This document shows, one piece after another, positions 36,492 to 46,178 of a DNA stretch of 64,000 bases. Both the position numbers and the translations under genes were made by a program. Under the pieces are notes generated by a model, which was given only the letters and a program-made list of their open reading frames with translations, ran no database searches and was not told the DNA's origin. This stretch comes from an uncultured Cellulomonas sp. (lineage in GTDB: Bacteria; Actinomycetota; Actinomycetes; Actinomycetales; Cellulomonadaceae), in NCBI RefSeq assembly GCF_947494015.1, contig NZ_CANLTL010000018.1:15429-79428 (forward strand), in the 5' to 3' direction. Within the stretch, counting starts at the first letter, position 1; each line of letters opens with the position of its first letter.

Positions 36492-36547
36492 TGTCGGTGT
36501 GTCGGTGTGTCGGTGTGTCGGTGTGTCGGTGCGTCGGTGCGTCGGGA
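36492..36547. repeat. 8-bp tandem repeat (TGTCGGTG) x5 perfect plus 2 degenerate units, in the pstA-pstB spacer
   Basis: Read directly. Perfect units span 36492-36531, followed by CGTCGGTG and CGTCGGGA. GTCGG recurs again at 36551 and 36558. The pst mRNA strand carries (CACCGACA)n. Confidence 0.9.
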
Positions 36548-36572
36548 GCCGTCGGGAGTCGGCGGAGGCCGA

Positions 36573-37544
36573 TCAGCGGAGCGTCGGGGGTGCGAAGAAG
36601 CGGGAGATCAGGCGGCCGATGAGGTTCAGCAGCATGACGATGAGGATCAGCGTGAGCGCCGCGGCCCAGGCACGGTCGTAGTTGATCGTGGTGATGCAGT
36701 CTGTCGCGTCGGCCGCGCAGGGCGCCAGACCCTGCGAGTACTGCCGGTAGACGTAGACCGGCAGGGTCATCATGCGGCCCTCGAACACGTTGAAGTTGAT
36801 CGAGTCGATCACACCGACCGTGATCAGCAGCGGCGCGGTCTCCCCGATGACCCGGGCGACGGCGAGCATGATCCCGGTGCCGATGCCGGCGATCGCGGTG
36901 CGCAGCACGACCTTGATGATCACGAGCCACTTGGGCACGCCGAGGGCGTAGGCGGCCTCGCGCAGCTCGTTCGGCACGAGGCGGAGCATCTCCTCGCACG
37001 AGCGGACCACGACCGGGATCATCAGCACCGACAGCGCCACGGACCCCACCACGCCGAACCGCACGCCCGGCCCGAAGACGACCGCGAACAGCGCGTAGGC
37101 GAACAGGCCGGCGACGATGGACGGGATGCCGGTCATGACGTCGACGAAGAACGTCACCCAGCGGGCGAGCGCGCCGCGCCCGTACTCCACGAGGTAGATC
37201 GCCGCGAGCAGGCCGATCGGCACGGAGATCAGCGCGGCCACCGCGGTGATCAGCAGGGTGCCCATGATGGCGTGGTAGATGCCGCCGGCGTCCATGCCGC
37301 CGAACACGCCGCGCATCGACACCGACAGGAAGTACGGCGAGAACCGCTCGATGCCGTTGGAGACGACCGTCCAGGAGACCGAGACGAGCGGGACCAGGGC
37401 GATCAGGAAGGCGAGGACGACCATCCCGGTCATCACGCGGTCGGTCACCCGGCGGTGCCGGTCGGTGCCGGCGAGCATGGCCCGGGTGTCGGCGGACGGG
37501 TCCGGTGCCGCGCCCGTCGGGGCGCCGGTCAGAGCAGTGGCCAT
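36573..37544 (-). CDS. pstA: Phosphate ABC transporter permease PstA
   Basis: A polytopic permease with the EAA-like loop ([10 protein letters not shown]). It starts 1 nt after the pstC stop. Confidence 0.9.
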   Translation of the reverse strand: MATALTGAPTGAAPDPSADTRAMLAGTDRHRRVTDRVMTGMVVLAFLIALVPLVSVSWTVVSNGIERFSPYFLSVSMRGVFGGMDAGGIYHAIMGTLLITAVAALISVPIGLLAAIYLVEYGRGALARWVTFFVDVMTGIPSIVAGLFAYALFAVVFGPGVRFGVVGSVALSVLMIPVVVRSCEEMLRLVPNELREAAYALGVPKWLVIIKVVLRTAIAGIGTGIMLAVARVIGETAPLLITVGVIDSINFNVFEGRMMTLPVYVYRQYSQGLAPCAADATDCITTINYDRAWAAALTLILIVMLLNLIGRLISRFFAPPTLR

Positions 37545-37545
37545 G

Positions 37546-38547
37546 TCAGTTCGCCCCCGAGAAGTCCTTGCGACGCGCGACGATCGCGCGGGCGGCCATG
37601 TTCACCGCGAGGGTGATGACGAACAGCGCGAGACCCGTCGCGATCAGGGCGCTGACCCCCAGCGGGTTGGCCTCCGGGAACTGCAGCGCGATGTTCGCGG
37701 CGATGGTCTGGTGCTGACCGGCGCGCAGCAGGTTGAACGAGTACAGCGCACCCGGGCTGAGGATCATCAGCACCGCCATGGTCTCGCCGAGCGCGCGTCC
37801 CAGGCCGAGCATCGCGGCCGAGACGATGCCGGAGCGCCCGAACGGCAGCACGGCCATCCGGATCATCTCCCACCGCGTCGCACCGAGGGCCAGCGCGGCC
37901 TCCTCGTGCAACCGGGGCGCCTGCAGGAACACCTCGCGGCACACCGCGGTGATGATGGGCAGGATCATCGCGCCGAGGACGACGGCGACCGTGAGGATCA
38001 CCCGGGGCGGGTCGGACGCCGGGCCGGCGAAGAGCGGGATGAACCCGAGCGTGCCGGACAGCCACTGCCAGGCGGGCTCGAGCCGGGGGGCGAGCCAGAT
38101 GGCGCCCCACAGGCCGTAGATGACGCTGGGGATCGCGGCCAGCAGGTCGACCATGTACCCCAGTCCGTTGGCGAGCCGGCGCGGCGCGTAGTGCGAGATG
38201 AACAGCGCGATCCCGATCGAGATCGGGGTGGCGATCACCAGCGCGAGCGCGGCCGCCAGCAGCGTCCCGAACACCAGCGGGCCGATGAATCCGAGCAGGC
38301 TGCTGTCGTCGGGGAACCAGCTGATCTCGTCGGCCAGCACGTCGCCGCCGGCCGTCATGGCGGGCCAGGCCCGGATCATCAGGAACAGGGCGACCGCGGC
38401 CAGGACGAGCAGGATCAGCGCTCCGGCGCCGGTGGACAGCCAGCGGAACGCGCGGCTCGCGCGGCCTTCCGGCCAGCGGCGACGCCGGGGCGTGCGCTCA
38501 CCGACGGGTGAGCCGACCGGTTGGCTCCGGCGGGTCGTGGTCGTCAC
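37546..38547 (-). CDS. pstC: Phosphate ABC transporter permease PstC
   Basis: GTG 38547 has GGAG 6 nt upstream. HEEAALALGATRWE is present. The protein is polytopic. Confidence 0.88.
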   Translation of the reverse strand: MTTTTRRSQPVGSPVGERTPRRRRWPEGRASRAFRWLSTGAGALILLVLAAVALFLMIRAWPAMTAGGDVLADEISWFPDDSSLLGFIGPLVFGTLLAAALALVIATPISIGIALFISHYAPRRLANGLGYMVDLLAAIPSVIYGLWGAIWLAPRLEPAWQWLSGTLGFIPLFAGPASDPPRVILTVAVVLGAMILPIITAVCREVFLQAPRLHEEAALALGATRWEMIRMAVLPFGRSGIVSAAMLGLGRALGETMAVLMILSPGALYSFNLLRAGQHQTIAANIALQFPEANPLGVSALIATGLALFVITLAVNMAARAIVARRKDFSGAN

Positions 38548-38616
38548 AGGTGCTCCGTGTGGGTGGGGACGTGGGATGCGCCCAGGATGCCCCCTCGCGG
38601 CCCCGGGCGGACCGAT

Positions 38617-38652
38617 GTGGCCGGTCCCGCTCGCGCGAGCGGGACCGGCCAC
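38617..38652 (-). terminator. 36-bp perfect palindrome (18-bp stem) between pstS and pstC, intra-operon attenuator or stabiliser hairpin
   Basis: GTGGCCGGTCCCGCTCGC|GCGAGCGGGACCGGCCAC was read directly. It lies 16 nt downstream of the pstS stop. Confidence 0.5.
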
Positions 38653-38667
38653 GGTTGCGGTGTGCGG

Positions 38668-39789
38668 TCAGGCGCCCGCGGTGATGGCCTCGATGGCCGC
38701 CTCGGCGTCCGAGCGCAGCTCCTCGGAGATCGGCGCGGAGCCGGCCGCACCGGCAGCGGCCTCCTGGCCCTCCTCGCTCACGACGTAGCCGAGGAACGCC
38801 TGGACGAGCTCGCCCTGCGTCTCGTCCTCGTAGCCGGCGCAGGCGATCGAGTAGGACACCAGGACGAGCGGGTAGGTGCCCGGCTCGGTGGTGGTGCGGT
38901 CCAGCTCCACGACGATGTCGTGCTCGCCCCTGCCCTCGGCCCGCGGGGACGCGGCGACGACGGCGGCGGATGCCTCCGGGGAGTACTCCACCCACTCCTC
39001 GCCGACCTTGATCCGGGCGGTGCCGAGCTGCCCGGCCTGCGAGGCGTCGGCGTAGCCGATGGTGCCCTCGCCGCCGTTGACCGTCTGGACGACACCCGAG
39101 GTGCCCTGCGCCGACTGGCCACCGGACACCGGCCAGTCACCGCTGGCCTCGTGCGGCCAGGCGTCGCCGGCGGTCGCGGCGAGGTACTCGGTGAAGTTCT
39201 CCGTCGTGCCGGACTCGTCGGAGCGGTTGACCGGCGTGATCGGCAGGTCCGGCAGCGTCGCGTCGGGGTTGTCGGCGGCGATCTCCGGGGCGTCCCAGGT
39301 GGTGATCTGCCGGTTGAAGATGCCGGCCAGCACCTCCGGGGAGAGGTTGAGCTGCTCGACGTCGGGCAGGTTGTAGATCACGGCGATGGGGCTGATGTAC
39401 AGCGGGATCTCGATGACCTCGCCCCCGGCGCAGCGCTCCTCGGCCTGCGCGAGCTCGTCCTCGTCCAGCGGCGCGTCGGACCCGGCGAACGCGACACCAC
39501 CGTTGAGGAACTGCGTGCGACCGCCACCGGACCCGACCGGGTCGTAGGCGACGGTGACGTCGGGGTACGTCGACTGGAACCCGGCGCGCCAGGCACCCAT
39601 CGCGGCCTCCTGCGTCGAGGCACCGGCCCCGGCGAGATCCCCGCTGAGCTCGGTCTCGGTCGTGCCGGGCGCGTCGACGTCGGTGCCGGCCTCGCCGACA
39701 GGGTTGTCGGACCCGCACGCGGCGAGCGAGAGGGCAAGGGCACCGGTCAGCGCGATGGCCCCGACACGGCGGTGGAGAGAGACGTTCAC
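38668..39789 (-). CDS. pstS: Phosphate ABC transporter substrate-binding lipoprotein PstS
   Basis: GTG 39789 has GGAG 4 nt upstream. The lipobox is LSLAACGS. YDPVGSGGGRTQF and NRSDESGTTENFT are present. Confidence 0.9.
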   Translation of the reverse strand: MNVSLHRRVGAIALTGALALSLAACGSDNPVGEAGTDVDAPGTTETELSGDLAGAGASTQEAAMGAWRAGFQSTYPDVTVAYDPVGSGGGRTQFLNGGVAFAGSDAPLDEDELAQAEERCAGGEVIEIPLYISPIAVIYNLPDVEQLNLSPEVLAGIFNRQITTWDAPEIAADNPDATLPDLPITPVNRSDESGTTENFTEYLAATAGDAWPHEASGDWPVSGGQSAQGTSGVVQTVNGGEGTIGYADASQAGQLGTARIKVGEEWVEYSPEASAAVVAASPRAEGRGEHDIVVELDRTTTEPGTYPLVLVSYSIACAGYEDETQGELVQAFLGYVVSEEGQEAAAGAAGSAPISEELRSDAEAAIEAITAGA

Positions 39790-39859
39790 TGTGCTCCTGC
39801 CTGAAATCCGTCTGTCGCCGGGCGCTGTGTGCGCCGCGGCCTCGCCCGACGGTAAGGAG

Positions 39860-39903
39860 CGCAGGTGACCGGCCGGCCCGCCGAGGGTGAACCGGAGGTG
39901 AAC
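39860..39903 (-). promoter_or_regulatory. PHO box: four phased 11-nt units upstream of pstS
   Basis: The minus strand reads GTTCACCTCCG|GTTCACCCTCG|GCGGGCCGGCC|GGTCACCTGCG. Three units carry the G(T/G)TCACC core. A TACCGT -10-like hexamer follows 5 nt downstream. Confidence 0.55.
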
Positions 39904-39935
39904 GGTGGCTGACGGCTTGACCGTCGGTCCCCCGG

Positions 39936-40634
39936 TCAGGCGACCTCGTCGTCCAGCTTGTAACCCAGGCCACGCACGGTGACCAGCAGCCGCGGGTTGG
40001 CGGGGTCCTGCTCGATCTTGGCGCGGACCCGCTTGACGTGCACGTCGAGCGTCTTGGTGTCGCCCACGTAGTCCGACCCCCAGATCCGGTCGATGAGCTG
40101 GGCGCGGGTGAGCACGCGGCCGGGGTTGCGCAGCAGCATCTCCAGCAGCTCGAACTCCTTGAGCGGGAAGGCCACCGCCGCACCCTGCACCTCGACCGTG
40201 TGGCGCTCGACGTCCATCCGGACCGGCCCCACCGCGAGCGTCGCCTCGTCCGGCTCGGGCTCGGAGCCCGGGTCGGTGCGCCGGCGCAGCACCGCGCGGA
40301 CGCGGGCCAGCAGCTCGCGGTAGGAGTACGGCTTGGTGACGTAGTCGTCGGCGCCCAGCTCGAGCCCCACGACCTTGTCGATCTCGGTGTCCTTGGCGGT
40401 GAGCATGATGACCGGGACGCTGCCGCGCAGGCGCAGCTCGCGGCACACCTCGGTGCCCGACAGGCCGGGGAGCATGAGGTCGAGCAGGACGAGGTCCGCG
40501 CCGCCCCGGTCGTACTCGTCCAGCCCCTGCGGGCCGGTGGCGGCGGTGACGACGTCGTAGCCGTCACGCGTGAGCTGGTAGGACAGCGGGTCGCGGTAGG
40601 ACTCCTCGTCCTCCACGATGAGGATGCGGGTCAC
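39936..40634 (-). CDS. regX3: Phosphate-responsive response regulator RegX3
   Basis: ILIVEDEESYRDPLSYQL, VPVIMLTAKDTEIDKVVGLELGADDYVTKPYSYRELLARVRAVLRR and DTKTLDVHVKRVRAKIEQDPANPRLLVTVRGLGYKL are present. The sequence is collinear with Mtb RegX3. Confidence 0.9.
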   Translation of the reverse strand: MTRILIVEDEESYRDPLSYQLTRDGYDVVTAATGPQGLDEYDRGGADLVLLDLMLPGLSGTEVCRELRLRGSVPVIMLTAKDTEIDKVVGLELGADDYVTKPYSYRELLARVRAVLRRRTDPGSEPEPDEATLAVGPVRMDVERHTVEVQGAAVAFPLKEFELLEMLLRNPGRVLTRAQLIDRIWGSDYVGDTKTLDVHVKRVRAKIEQDPANPRLLVTVRGLGYKLDDEVA

Positions 40635-41812
40635 GCATCCACCTCCTCGGGTCGGGGGGACTGCGTCGTGGGCGGCTCGTGCGCCGCCGGGATCCGCAGG
40701 GTGAACGTGGAGCCCTTGCCGGGCCGGGACCAGACCGCGACCTCCCCGCCGTGGTCGGCGGCGACGTGCTTGACGATGCTCAGACCCAGGCCGGTCCCGC
40801 CGGTGTCCCGCGAGCGCGCGGGGTCGACCCGGTAGAACCGCTCGAAGACGCGCTCCTGGTCCTCCGGCGCGATGCCGATGCCCTGGTCCACGACGGCGAT
40901 CTCCACCATGTCCCCGACCCGGCGCACCCCCGCACCCACCTGGGTGTCCGCCGGCGAGTAGGCGACGGCGTTGTCCAGCAGGTTGCGCACGGCCGTGACC
41001 AGCAGGGCGTGGTCCCCGTACACCGTCAGCCCGGCCTCGCCGCCGGGGTGCAGCTGGATGGACTTGCCGCTCGCCTTGGTCCGGGCCCGGTCCACCGCCT
41101 CGGCGAGCACCGCGTCGATCTCGACCAGGGCGGGCTGGGTGAGCGCGCCGGCGACCTGCAGCCGGGACAGCTCGATGATCTCGTGCACGAGCGCGGACAG
41201 CCGGGCCGACTCCTGCTGCATCCGGCCGGCGAAGCGCCGCACCGCCTCGGGGTCGTCCGCCGCGGCGTGGACGGTCTCGGCCAGCAGCGCCAGCGCGCCG
41301 ACCGGCGTCTTGAGCTCGTGGGAGACGTTCACGACGAAGTCGCGCCGGATCGCCTCCAGCCGGCGGGCCTCGGTGCGGTCCTCGGCGAGCACGAGCACGT
41401 GCCGCGGTCCGACGTGGGCGACCCGCACCTGCAGCATGACGCGGGCCGCGCCGACCGGGCCGCGCGGCAGCTCGAGCTCCTCGTCGCGGATCACCCCGTC
41501 CCGCCGCACGTCACGCACCAGGTCGCGGATCGCGGCGTGCGGGATCCGCCCGTCGCGCACGACGCCGAGCGCGTACGCCGGCGGGCTCGCACGCACCACC
41601 TCGTCGGACTCGTCGAGCACCACCGCGGCGGAGCGCAGGGCGGCCAGCGTGCGGACGAGCCCGTCGTCCAGCGCCGGCTCGGGCGCCGGCGGCATCGCGT
41701 GCTGCACCCGTTCGCTGTACCGGAAGCCGACGCCGGCGGCCAGGCCGACCAGGACGCCGAGCAGGCCGGCGCCGACGAGCAGATATCCCTCCACGCGGGT
41801 CAATGTACGCAT
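40631..41812 (-). CDS. senX3: Sensor histidine kinase SenX3
   Basis: The stop overlaps the regX3 start. The H-box is FVVNVSHELKTPVGAL, the N-box is LLDNAVAYS and GGTGLGLSIVKHV is present. ATG 41812 (MRTLTRVEGYLLVGAGLL) is chosen. GTG 41854 is an alternative and has an AGGTGA SD-like sequence. Confidence 0.85.
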   Translation of the reverse strand: MRTLTRVEGYLLVGAGLLGVLVGLAAGVGFRYSERVQHAMPPAPEPALDDGLVRTLAALRSAAVVLDESDEVVRASPPAYALGVVRDGRIPHAAIRDLVRDVRRDGVIRDEELELPRGPVGAARVMLQVRVAHVGPRHVLVLAEDRTEARRLEAIRRDFVVNVSHELKTPVGALALLAETVHAAADDPEAVRRFAGRMQQESARLSALVHEIIELSRLQVAGALTQPALVEIDAVLAEAVDRARTKASGKSIQLHPGGEAGLTVYGDHALLVTAVRNLLDNAVAYSPADTQVGAGVRRVGDMVEIAVVDQGIGIAPEDQERVFERFYRVDPARSRDTGGTGLGLSIVKHVAADHGGEVAVWSRPGKGSTFTLRIPAAHEPPTTQSPRPEEVDA

Positions 41813-41855
41813 GACCGCGTGGCGTCCTGCCCCGTCCTCCTGCGGGCCCGACACT

Positions 41856-41888
41856 GTTCACCTGGGGGCGGGTCTGTGTTCACCTGGT
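41856..41888 (+). promoter_or_regulatory. PHO-box-like direct repeats in the senX3 / phoU divergent spacer
   Basis: GTTCACCTGGG (41856-66) and GTTCACCTGGT (41878-88) lie exactly 22 nt apart, which is two 11-nt units. Confidence 0.45.
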
Positions 41889-41925
41889 GGTGTCACGGTG
41901 GCCTGCGACGAGGAAGAGGGAGCAC

Positions 41926-42585
41926 ATGCGGGAGATCTTCGAGGCGGAGCTCAAGCAGCTCGGCCATGACCTGGTGACGATGAGCGCGCAGGTCGAGGTA
42001 GCCGTCCAGCAGGCCGGGACCGCTCTGCTCACCGGGGACGTCCCGCTGGCGGAGTCGGTGATCGTGGCCGACGGAGCGATCGACGCCATCGAGCGGGACC
42101 TGGACGAGCGCTGCGTGCTGATGATCGCGCAGCAGGCGCCGGTCGCCACGGACCTGCGCGTGGTGGTGTCGGCGCTGCGGATGAGCGCGACGCTGGAGCG
42201 GATGGGAGACCTCGCCCGGCACGTCGCCGAGGTGGCGCGCGGCCGGTACCCCCGCTCCGCGGTCCCGCAGGCGCTCTCCGGCACCTTCACCGAGATGCAC
42301 GAGGCCGCGACCCGGGTCGCCCAGCGCACCACGCGGGTCCTGGAGACGCACGACCTGGAGATGGCGCAGAGCATCGAGCGCGACGACGACCTGCTGGACC
42401 GGCTGCACGAGGACACGTTCACCGCGCTGCTGGGCGGCAACTGGAACGGCACCCCGCAGGAGACGGTCGACGTCACCCTGCTGGGCCGGTACTACGAGCG
42501 CTTCGGGGACCACGCCGTGTCCATCGCGCGACGCGTCACCTACCTGGTCACCGGGGACTTCAAGGACGAGCTGCGCGTGCGCTGA
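41926..42585 (+). CDS. phoU: Phosphate signalling complex protein PhoU
   Basis: ATG 41926 is preceded by GAGGAAGAGGGAG. There are two PhoU repeats (ATDLRVVVSALRMSATLERMGDLARHV and VDVTLLGRYYERFGDHAVSIA). Confidence 0.9.
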   Translation: MREIFEAELKQLGHDLVTMSAQVEVAVQQAGTALLTGDVPLAESVIVADGAIDAIERDLDERCVLMIAQQAPVATDLRVVVSALRMSATLERMGDLARHVAEVARGRYPRSAVPQALSGTFTEMHEAATRVAQRTTRVLETHDLEMAQSIERDDDLLDRLHEDTFTALLGGNWNGTPQETVDVTLLGRYYERFGDHAVSIARRVTYLVTGDFKDELRVR

Positions 42586-42627
42586 GCCCCGGCCACGCCG
42601 ACCGCCACGCACGGGCACGGCCGGACG

Positions 42628-42663
42628 CCGACGGCGCCGGAGCTGAGGCTCCGGCGCCGTCGG
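42628..42663. terminator. Bidirectional hairpin between convergent phoU and gpmA (16-bp perfect stem, TGAG loop)
   Basis: CCGACGGCGCCGGAGC-TGAG-GCTCCGGCGCCGTCGG was read directly. Confidence 0.55.
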
Positions 42664-42693
42664 TGTCCGTGTGCTGCGGCGGGTCGGGCGGCG

Positions 42694-43431
42694 TCAGCGG
42701 CCCTGGTTGGCGACCGCGGCGATGGCCGCCGCGGCGGCCTCCGGGTCGAGGTACGTACCACCCGGCACGACCGGCGCGAGGTCCTCGTCCAGCTCGTAGA
42801 GCAGCGGGATGCCGGTCGGCACGTTCAGGCCGGCGATCGCCTCGTCGCTGACCCCGTCCAGGTGCTTGATGATGGCGCGCAGCGAGTTGCCGTGCGCGGC
42901 CACCAGGACGGTCTTGCCCGCCCGCAGGTCGGGGACGACCGCGTCCTGCCAGTACGGCAGCGCGCGCGCCAGGACGTCCTTGAGGCACTCGGTGGCCGGC
43001 GTCGGCTCCCCCGCGTAGCGCGGGTCGGCGTCCTGGGAGTACTCCGACCCGGGCTCGATCTCCGGCGGCGGCACGTCGTAGGACCGGCGCCAGAGCATGA
43101 ACTGCTCCTCGCCGAACTCCGCGAGCGTCTGCTTCTTGTCCTTGCCCTGGAGCGCGCCGTAGTGCCGCTCGTTGAGGCGCCACGACCGCGCGACCGGGAT
43201 CCAGTGCCGGTCCGCGGCGTCGAGCGCGAGGTTCGCGGTCGTGATGGCGCGGCGCAGCAGCGAGGTGTGGACGACGTCGGGCAGGACGCCGGCGTCGGTC
43301 AGCAGGGTGCCGCCGCGCTTGGCCTCCTGGACGCCCTTCTCGCTGAGTGCGACGTCGACCCAGCCGGTGAACAGGTTCTTGGCGTTCCACTCGCTCTCGC
43401 CGTGGCGGAGCAGCACGAGGGTGTAGGTCAT
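42694..43431 (-). CDS. gpmA: 2,3-bisphosphoglycerate-dependent phosphoglycerate mutase
   Basis: ATG 43431 gives [33 protein letters not shown] and AHGNSLRA are present. Confidence 0.95.
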   Translation of the reverse strand: MTYTLVLLRHGESEWNAKNLFTGWVDVALSEKGVQEAKRGGTLLTDAGVLPDVVHTSLLRRAITTANLALDAADRHWIPVARSWRLNERHYGALQGKDKKQTLAEFGEEQFMLWRRSYDVPPPEIEPGSEYSQDADPRYAGEPTPATECLKDVLARALPYWQDAVVPDLRAGKTVLVAAHGNSLRAIIKHLDGVSDEAIAGLNVPTGIPLLYELDEDLAPVVPGGTYLDPEAAAAAIAAVANQGR

Positions 43432-43478
43432 GGGGCCATCCTGCCGCACCCGGGCCCCGCCCCGCGGGCGGCCCGGCG

Positions 43479-44816
43479 TCAGCCGGCCCCGACGGCCTCC
43501 GGCTCGGGCTCCTCGATCGCCATCGGACCCCACGGGGCCGGGTCCTCCACGACCGCGCGCAGCACGGCGAGCGCGGCGCCGGTCATCGCGGGGTAGCGCC
43601 CCGCGCGGGCGACCCCCACCCGCACCTCGGACCACGGCGCGGTGAGCACCCGCCGGCGCAGCTGCGCGCGCACGGCCTCGTCGAGGTGGTCGGCGAGCGC
43701 GGCGTAGGTGCCGCCGAGCACGACGTCGCCCACGTCGACGATGTTGACCACGTTGGCCAGGGCGGTGCCCAGCGCGGCACCCGCGCGCCCCAGCGCCCGC
43801 AGCGCGTCCGGCTCCCCCGCCGCCGCGGCCTCGAGCAGGGCGTCGAGCGGTGCGTGCGGGTCGAGGCCGGCAGCCGACATCAGCGCGTCCTGCCCGGCGA
43901 TGGCCTCCAGGGTGTCCCCCGAGTCGGGATCGCCGCCCGACCCCATCACCGTGTGGCCGATCTCGCCGCTCCACCCGTGCTGGCCGGGGAAGATCTCGCC
44001 GTCGAGCACGATGGCGCCACCGATGCCGACCTCGCCGGAGACGTACACGAAGCTCAGCGGGCCCTCGTGGCGGCGGGCCCAGGCCTCCGCCCGGGCGGCG
44101 AGGTTGGCCTCGTTGCCGAGCAGCGGCGGCATCCCGGCGAGCACCGGGTGGGTGGCCAGCAGACCGACCACGTCCACGTCCCGCCAGCCCAGGTTCGGCG
44201 CGACCCGCAGCGGACCGGTGACCCGGTCCACCAGGCCCGGCAGCGCGAGCGCCGCCCCGGCGACCTGCACGCCGTCGGCGCTCAGGCCCGCGATGACCTC
44301 CCCCGCGAGGGTCGCGAGCCGGTCGAGCACCGCGGTCGGGTCGCTGTGCCGGAAGTCCCCGTCCTGCACGCGCTCGACGACCACGTCCCCGGCCAGGTCA
44401 AGCGCACGGACCCCGAGGTAGTCGACGTTGACCTCCAGGCCGACCGCGGCGATGGTCCCGCGCGCCGGCGCCAGCGGGACGGCCGGACGCCCCGCGCGCG
44501 ACGTCGCGACCGGCGCGAGCTCGACCACCATGCCGACGGCGATGAGCCGGTCGACCAGCGTCGAGACGGTCGCCCGGGTCAGCCCGGTGCTGGTCGCGAT
44601 GGCCGCCCGGGAGACCGGGTCGCGCGCGTCGACGACCTTGCGCAGGACGAGGCTGAGGTTGTGCTCGCGCAGGGTCCGCTGACGCGCCGCGGCCGCCGCC
44701 CGGCCCGCGCCCCGCAGGCCTCCACGGGCCGCGTGCGGGCGCGTCCCCGCCGGCGGCACGGCGACGTGGCGGGCCGTCGTCCCGGGCTGGGCGCGCGCAT
44801 CCCGGTCGTCCGTCAC
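43479..44816 (-). CDS. ROK family transcriptional regulator (divergent from xylAB, XylR-like role inferred)
   Basis: An N-terminal winged-helix region ([24 protein letters not shown]) precedes a ROK sugar-kinase-like body ([33 protein letters not shown]). Confidence 0.85.
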   Translation of the reverse strand: MTDDRDARAQPGTTARHVAVPPAGTRPHAARGGLRGAGRAAAAARQRTLREHNLSLVLRKVVDARDPVSRAAIATSTGLTRATVSTLVDRLIAVGMVVELAPVATSRAGRPAVPLAPARGTIAAVGLEVNVDYLGVRALDLAGDVVVERVQDGDFRHSDPTAVLDRLATLAGEVIAGLSADGVQVAGAALALPGLVDRVTGPLRVAPNLGWRDVDVVGLLATHPVLAGMPPLLGNEANLAARAEAWARRHEGPLSFVYVSGEVGIGGAIVLDGEIFPGQHGWSGEIGHTVMGSGGDPDSGDTLEAIAGQDALMSAAGLDPHAPLDALLEAAAAGEPDALRALGRAGAALGTALANVVNIVDVGDVVLGGTYAALADHLDEAVRAQLRRRVLTAPWSEVRVGVARAGRYPAMTGAALAVLRAVVEDPAPWGPMAIEEPEPEAVGAG

Positions 44817-44820
44817 AGGC

Positions 44821-44849
44821 TTGACCCTAGCGGCGCTCCCGCATATGTT
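44821..44849 (+). promoter_or_regulatory. Candidate xylA promoter TTGACC-N17-TATGTT
   Basis: Read directly. It lies in a locally AT-richer 71-bp divergent spacer. GAGGAG sits 9 nt upstream of the xylA ATG. A TAGGGT hexamer on the other strand lies 7 nt before the ROK GTG. Confidence 0.35.
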
Positions 44850-44887
44850 CAGCCATACAACAAATTCTCGCCGAGGAGATCTGCTCT

Positions 44888-46075
44888 ATGACTCGCAAGC
44901 CCACCCCCGAGGACAAGTTCGCCTTCGGCCTGTGGACCGTCGGCTGGGAGGCGCGCGACCAGTTCGGGTCCGCCAGCCGCCCCGCGCTGGACCCCGTGGA
45001 GTCGGTGCACCGGCTCGCCGAGCTGGGTGCCGCCTACGTGACCTTCCACGACAACGACGTCGTCCCGTTCGGCGCCGACGCCGCGACGCGTGACGGCATC
45101 CTGAGCCGCTTCACGGGCGCGCTCGAGGAGACCGGCGTCAAGGTCTCGATGGTCACCACCGACACGTTCGCGCACCCGATCTTCAAGGACGGCGCGTTCA
45201 CCTCCAACGACCGCGAGGTCCGTCGCTACGGCCTGCGCAAGGTCGTCCAGAACGTCGACCTGGCCGCCGAGATGGGCGCCGAGACGTTCGTCATGTGGGG
45301 CGGGCGCGAGGGCGCCGAGTACGACGCCGCCAAGGACCTCAAGGCGGCGCACGACCGCTACCGCGAGGGCATCGACACCGTCGCCGCCTACATCAAGGAG
45401 AAGGGCTACGGGCTGCGCATCGCCATCGAGCCCAAGCCCAACGAGCCCCGCGGGGACATCCTGCTGCCCACGGTCGGGCACGCGCTGGCCTTCATCGCCG
45501 AGCTCGAGAACGGCGACATCGTCGGCCTGAACCCCGAGACCGGCCACGAGCAGATGGCGGGCCTGAACTACACGTCCGGCATCGCCCAGGCGCTGTGGGC
45601 CGAGAAGCTCTTCCACATCGACCTCAACGGACAGCGGTCCATCAAGTACGACCAGGACCTCGTGTTCGGTCACGGCGACCTGTTCTCGGCGTTCGCCACG
45701 GTGGACCTCGTCGAGAACGGCTTCCCCAGCGGCGGCCCGAAGTACGACGGTCCGCGCCACTTCGACTACAAGCCGTCGCGCACCGAGAGCATCGAGGGCG
45801 TGTGGGCGTCGGCCGCGGCGAACATGTCGACCTACATCCTGCTCAAGGAGCGGGCGCAGGCGTTCCGCGCCGACCCCGAGGTCCAGGCCGCGCTCGAGGC
45901 GAGCAAGGTCTTCGAGCTGGCGCAGCCCACGCTCGGCGAGGGCGAGACCCTGGCCGACCTGCTCGCCGACCGGTCCGCGTACGAGGACCTGGACGTCGAC
46001 GCCGTGGCCGCCCGCGGCTTCGGGTTCGTGCACCTCAACCAGCTCGCGCTCGAGCACGCGCTCGGCGCCCGCTGA
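44888..46075 (+). CDS. xylA: Xylose isomerase (actinobacterial short class)
   Basis: [27 protein letters not shown] and [11 protein letters not shown] are present. Confidence 0.95.
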   Translation: MTRKPTPEDKFAFGLWTVGWEARDQFGSASRPALDPVESVHRLAELGAAYVTFHDNDVVPFGADAATRDGILSRFTGALEETGVKVSMVTTDTFAHPIFKDGAFTSNDREVRRYGLRKVVQNVDLAAEMGAETFVMWGGREGAEYDAAKDLKAAHDRYREGIDTVAAYIKEKGYGLRIAIEPKPNEPRGDILLPTVGHALAFIAELENGDIVGLNPETGHEQMAGLNYTSGIAQALWAEKLFHIDLNGQRSIKYDQDLVFGHGDLFSAFATVDLVENGFPSGGPKYDGPRHFDYKPSRTESIEGVWASAAANMSTYILLKERAQAFRADPEVQAALEASKVFELAQPTLGEGETLADLLADRSAYEDLDVDAVAARGFGFVHLNQLALEHALGAR

Positions 46076-46094
46076 CCTCAGCACCACCACCCAC

Positions 46095-46129
46095 CGGGCC
46101 GCCGGGAGCGCACCGCTCCCGGCGGCCCG
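46095..46129 (+). terminator. Intercistronic hairpin between xylA and xylB (16-bp perfect stem, 3-nt loop)
   Basis: CGGGCCGCCGGGAGCG-CAC-CGCTCCCGGCGGCCCG is present. The xylB SD GAAGGAG follows. Confidence 0.45.
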
Positions 46130-46178
46130 CGGTGCGTCGGCCCTGCGCCACGCACCCCGACATCGAAGGAGCTCAGCG

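Noticed and set aside
36492-36547. Short tandem repeats at 36492, 15625 and 12110 as possible CRISPR arrays.
   Set aside because: Units are only 8-12 bp and directly abutting, with no unique spacers. No cas genes are present. They are microsatellite or VNTR-type repeats.
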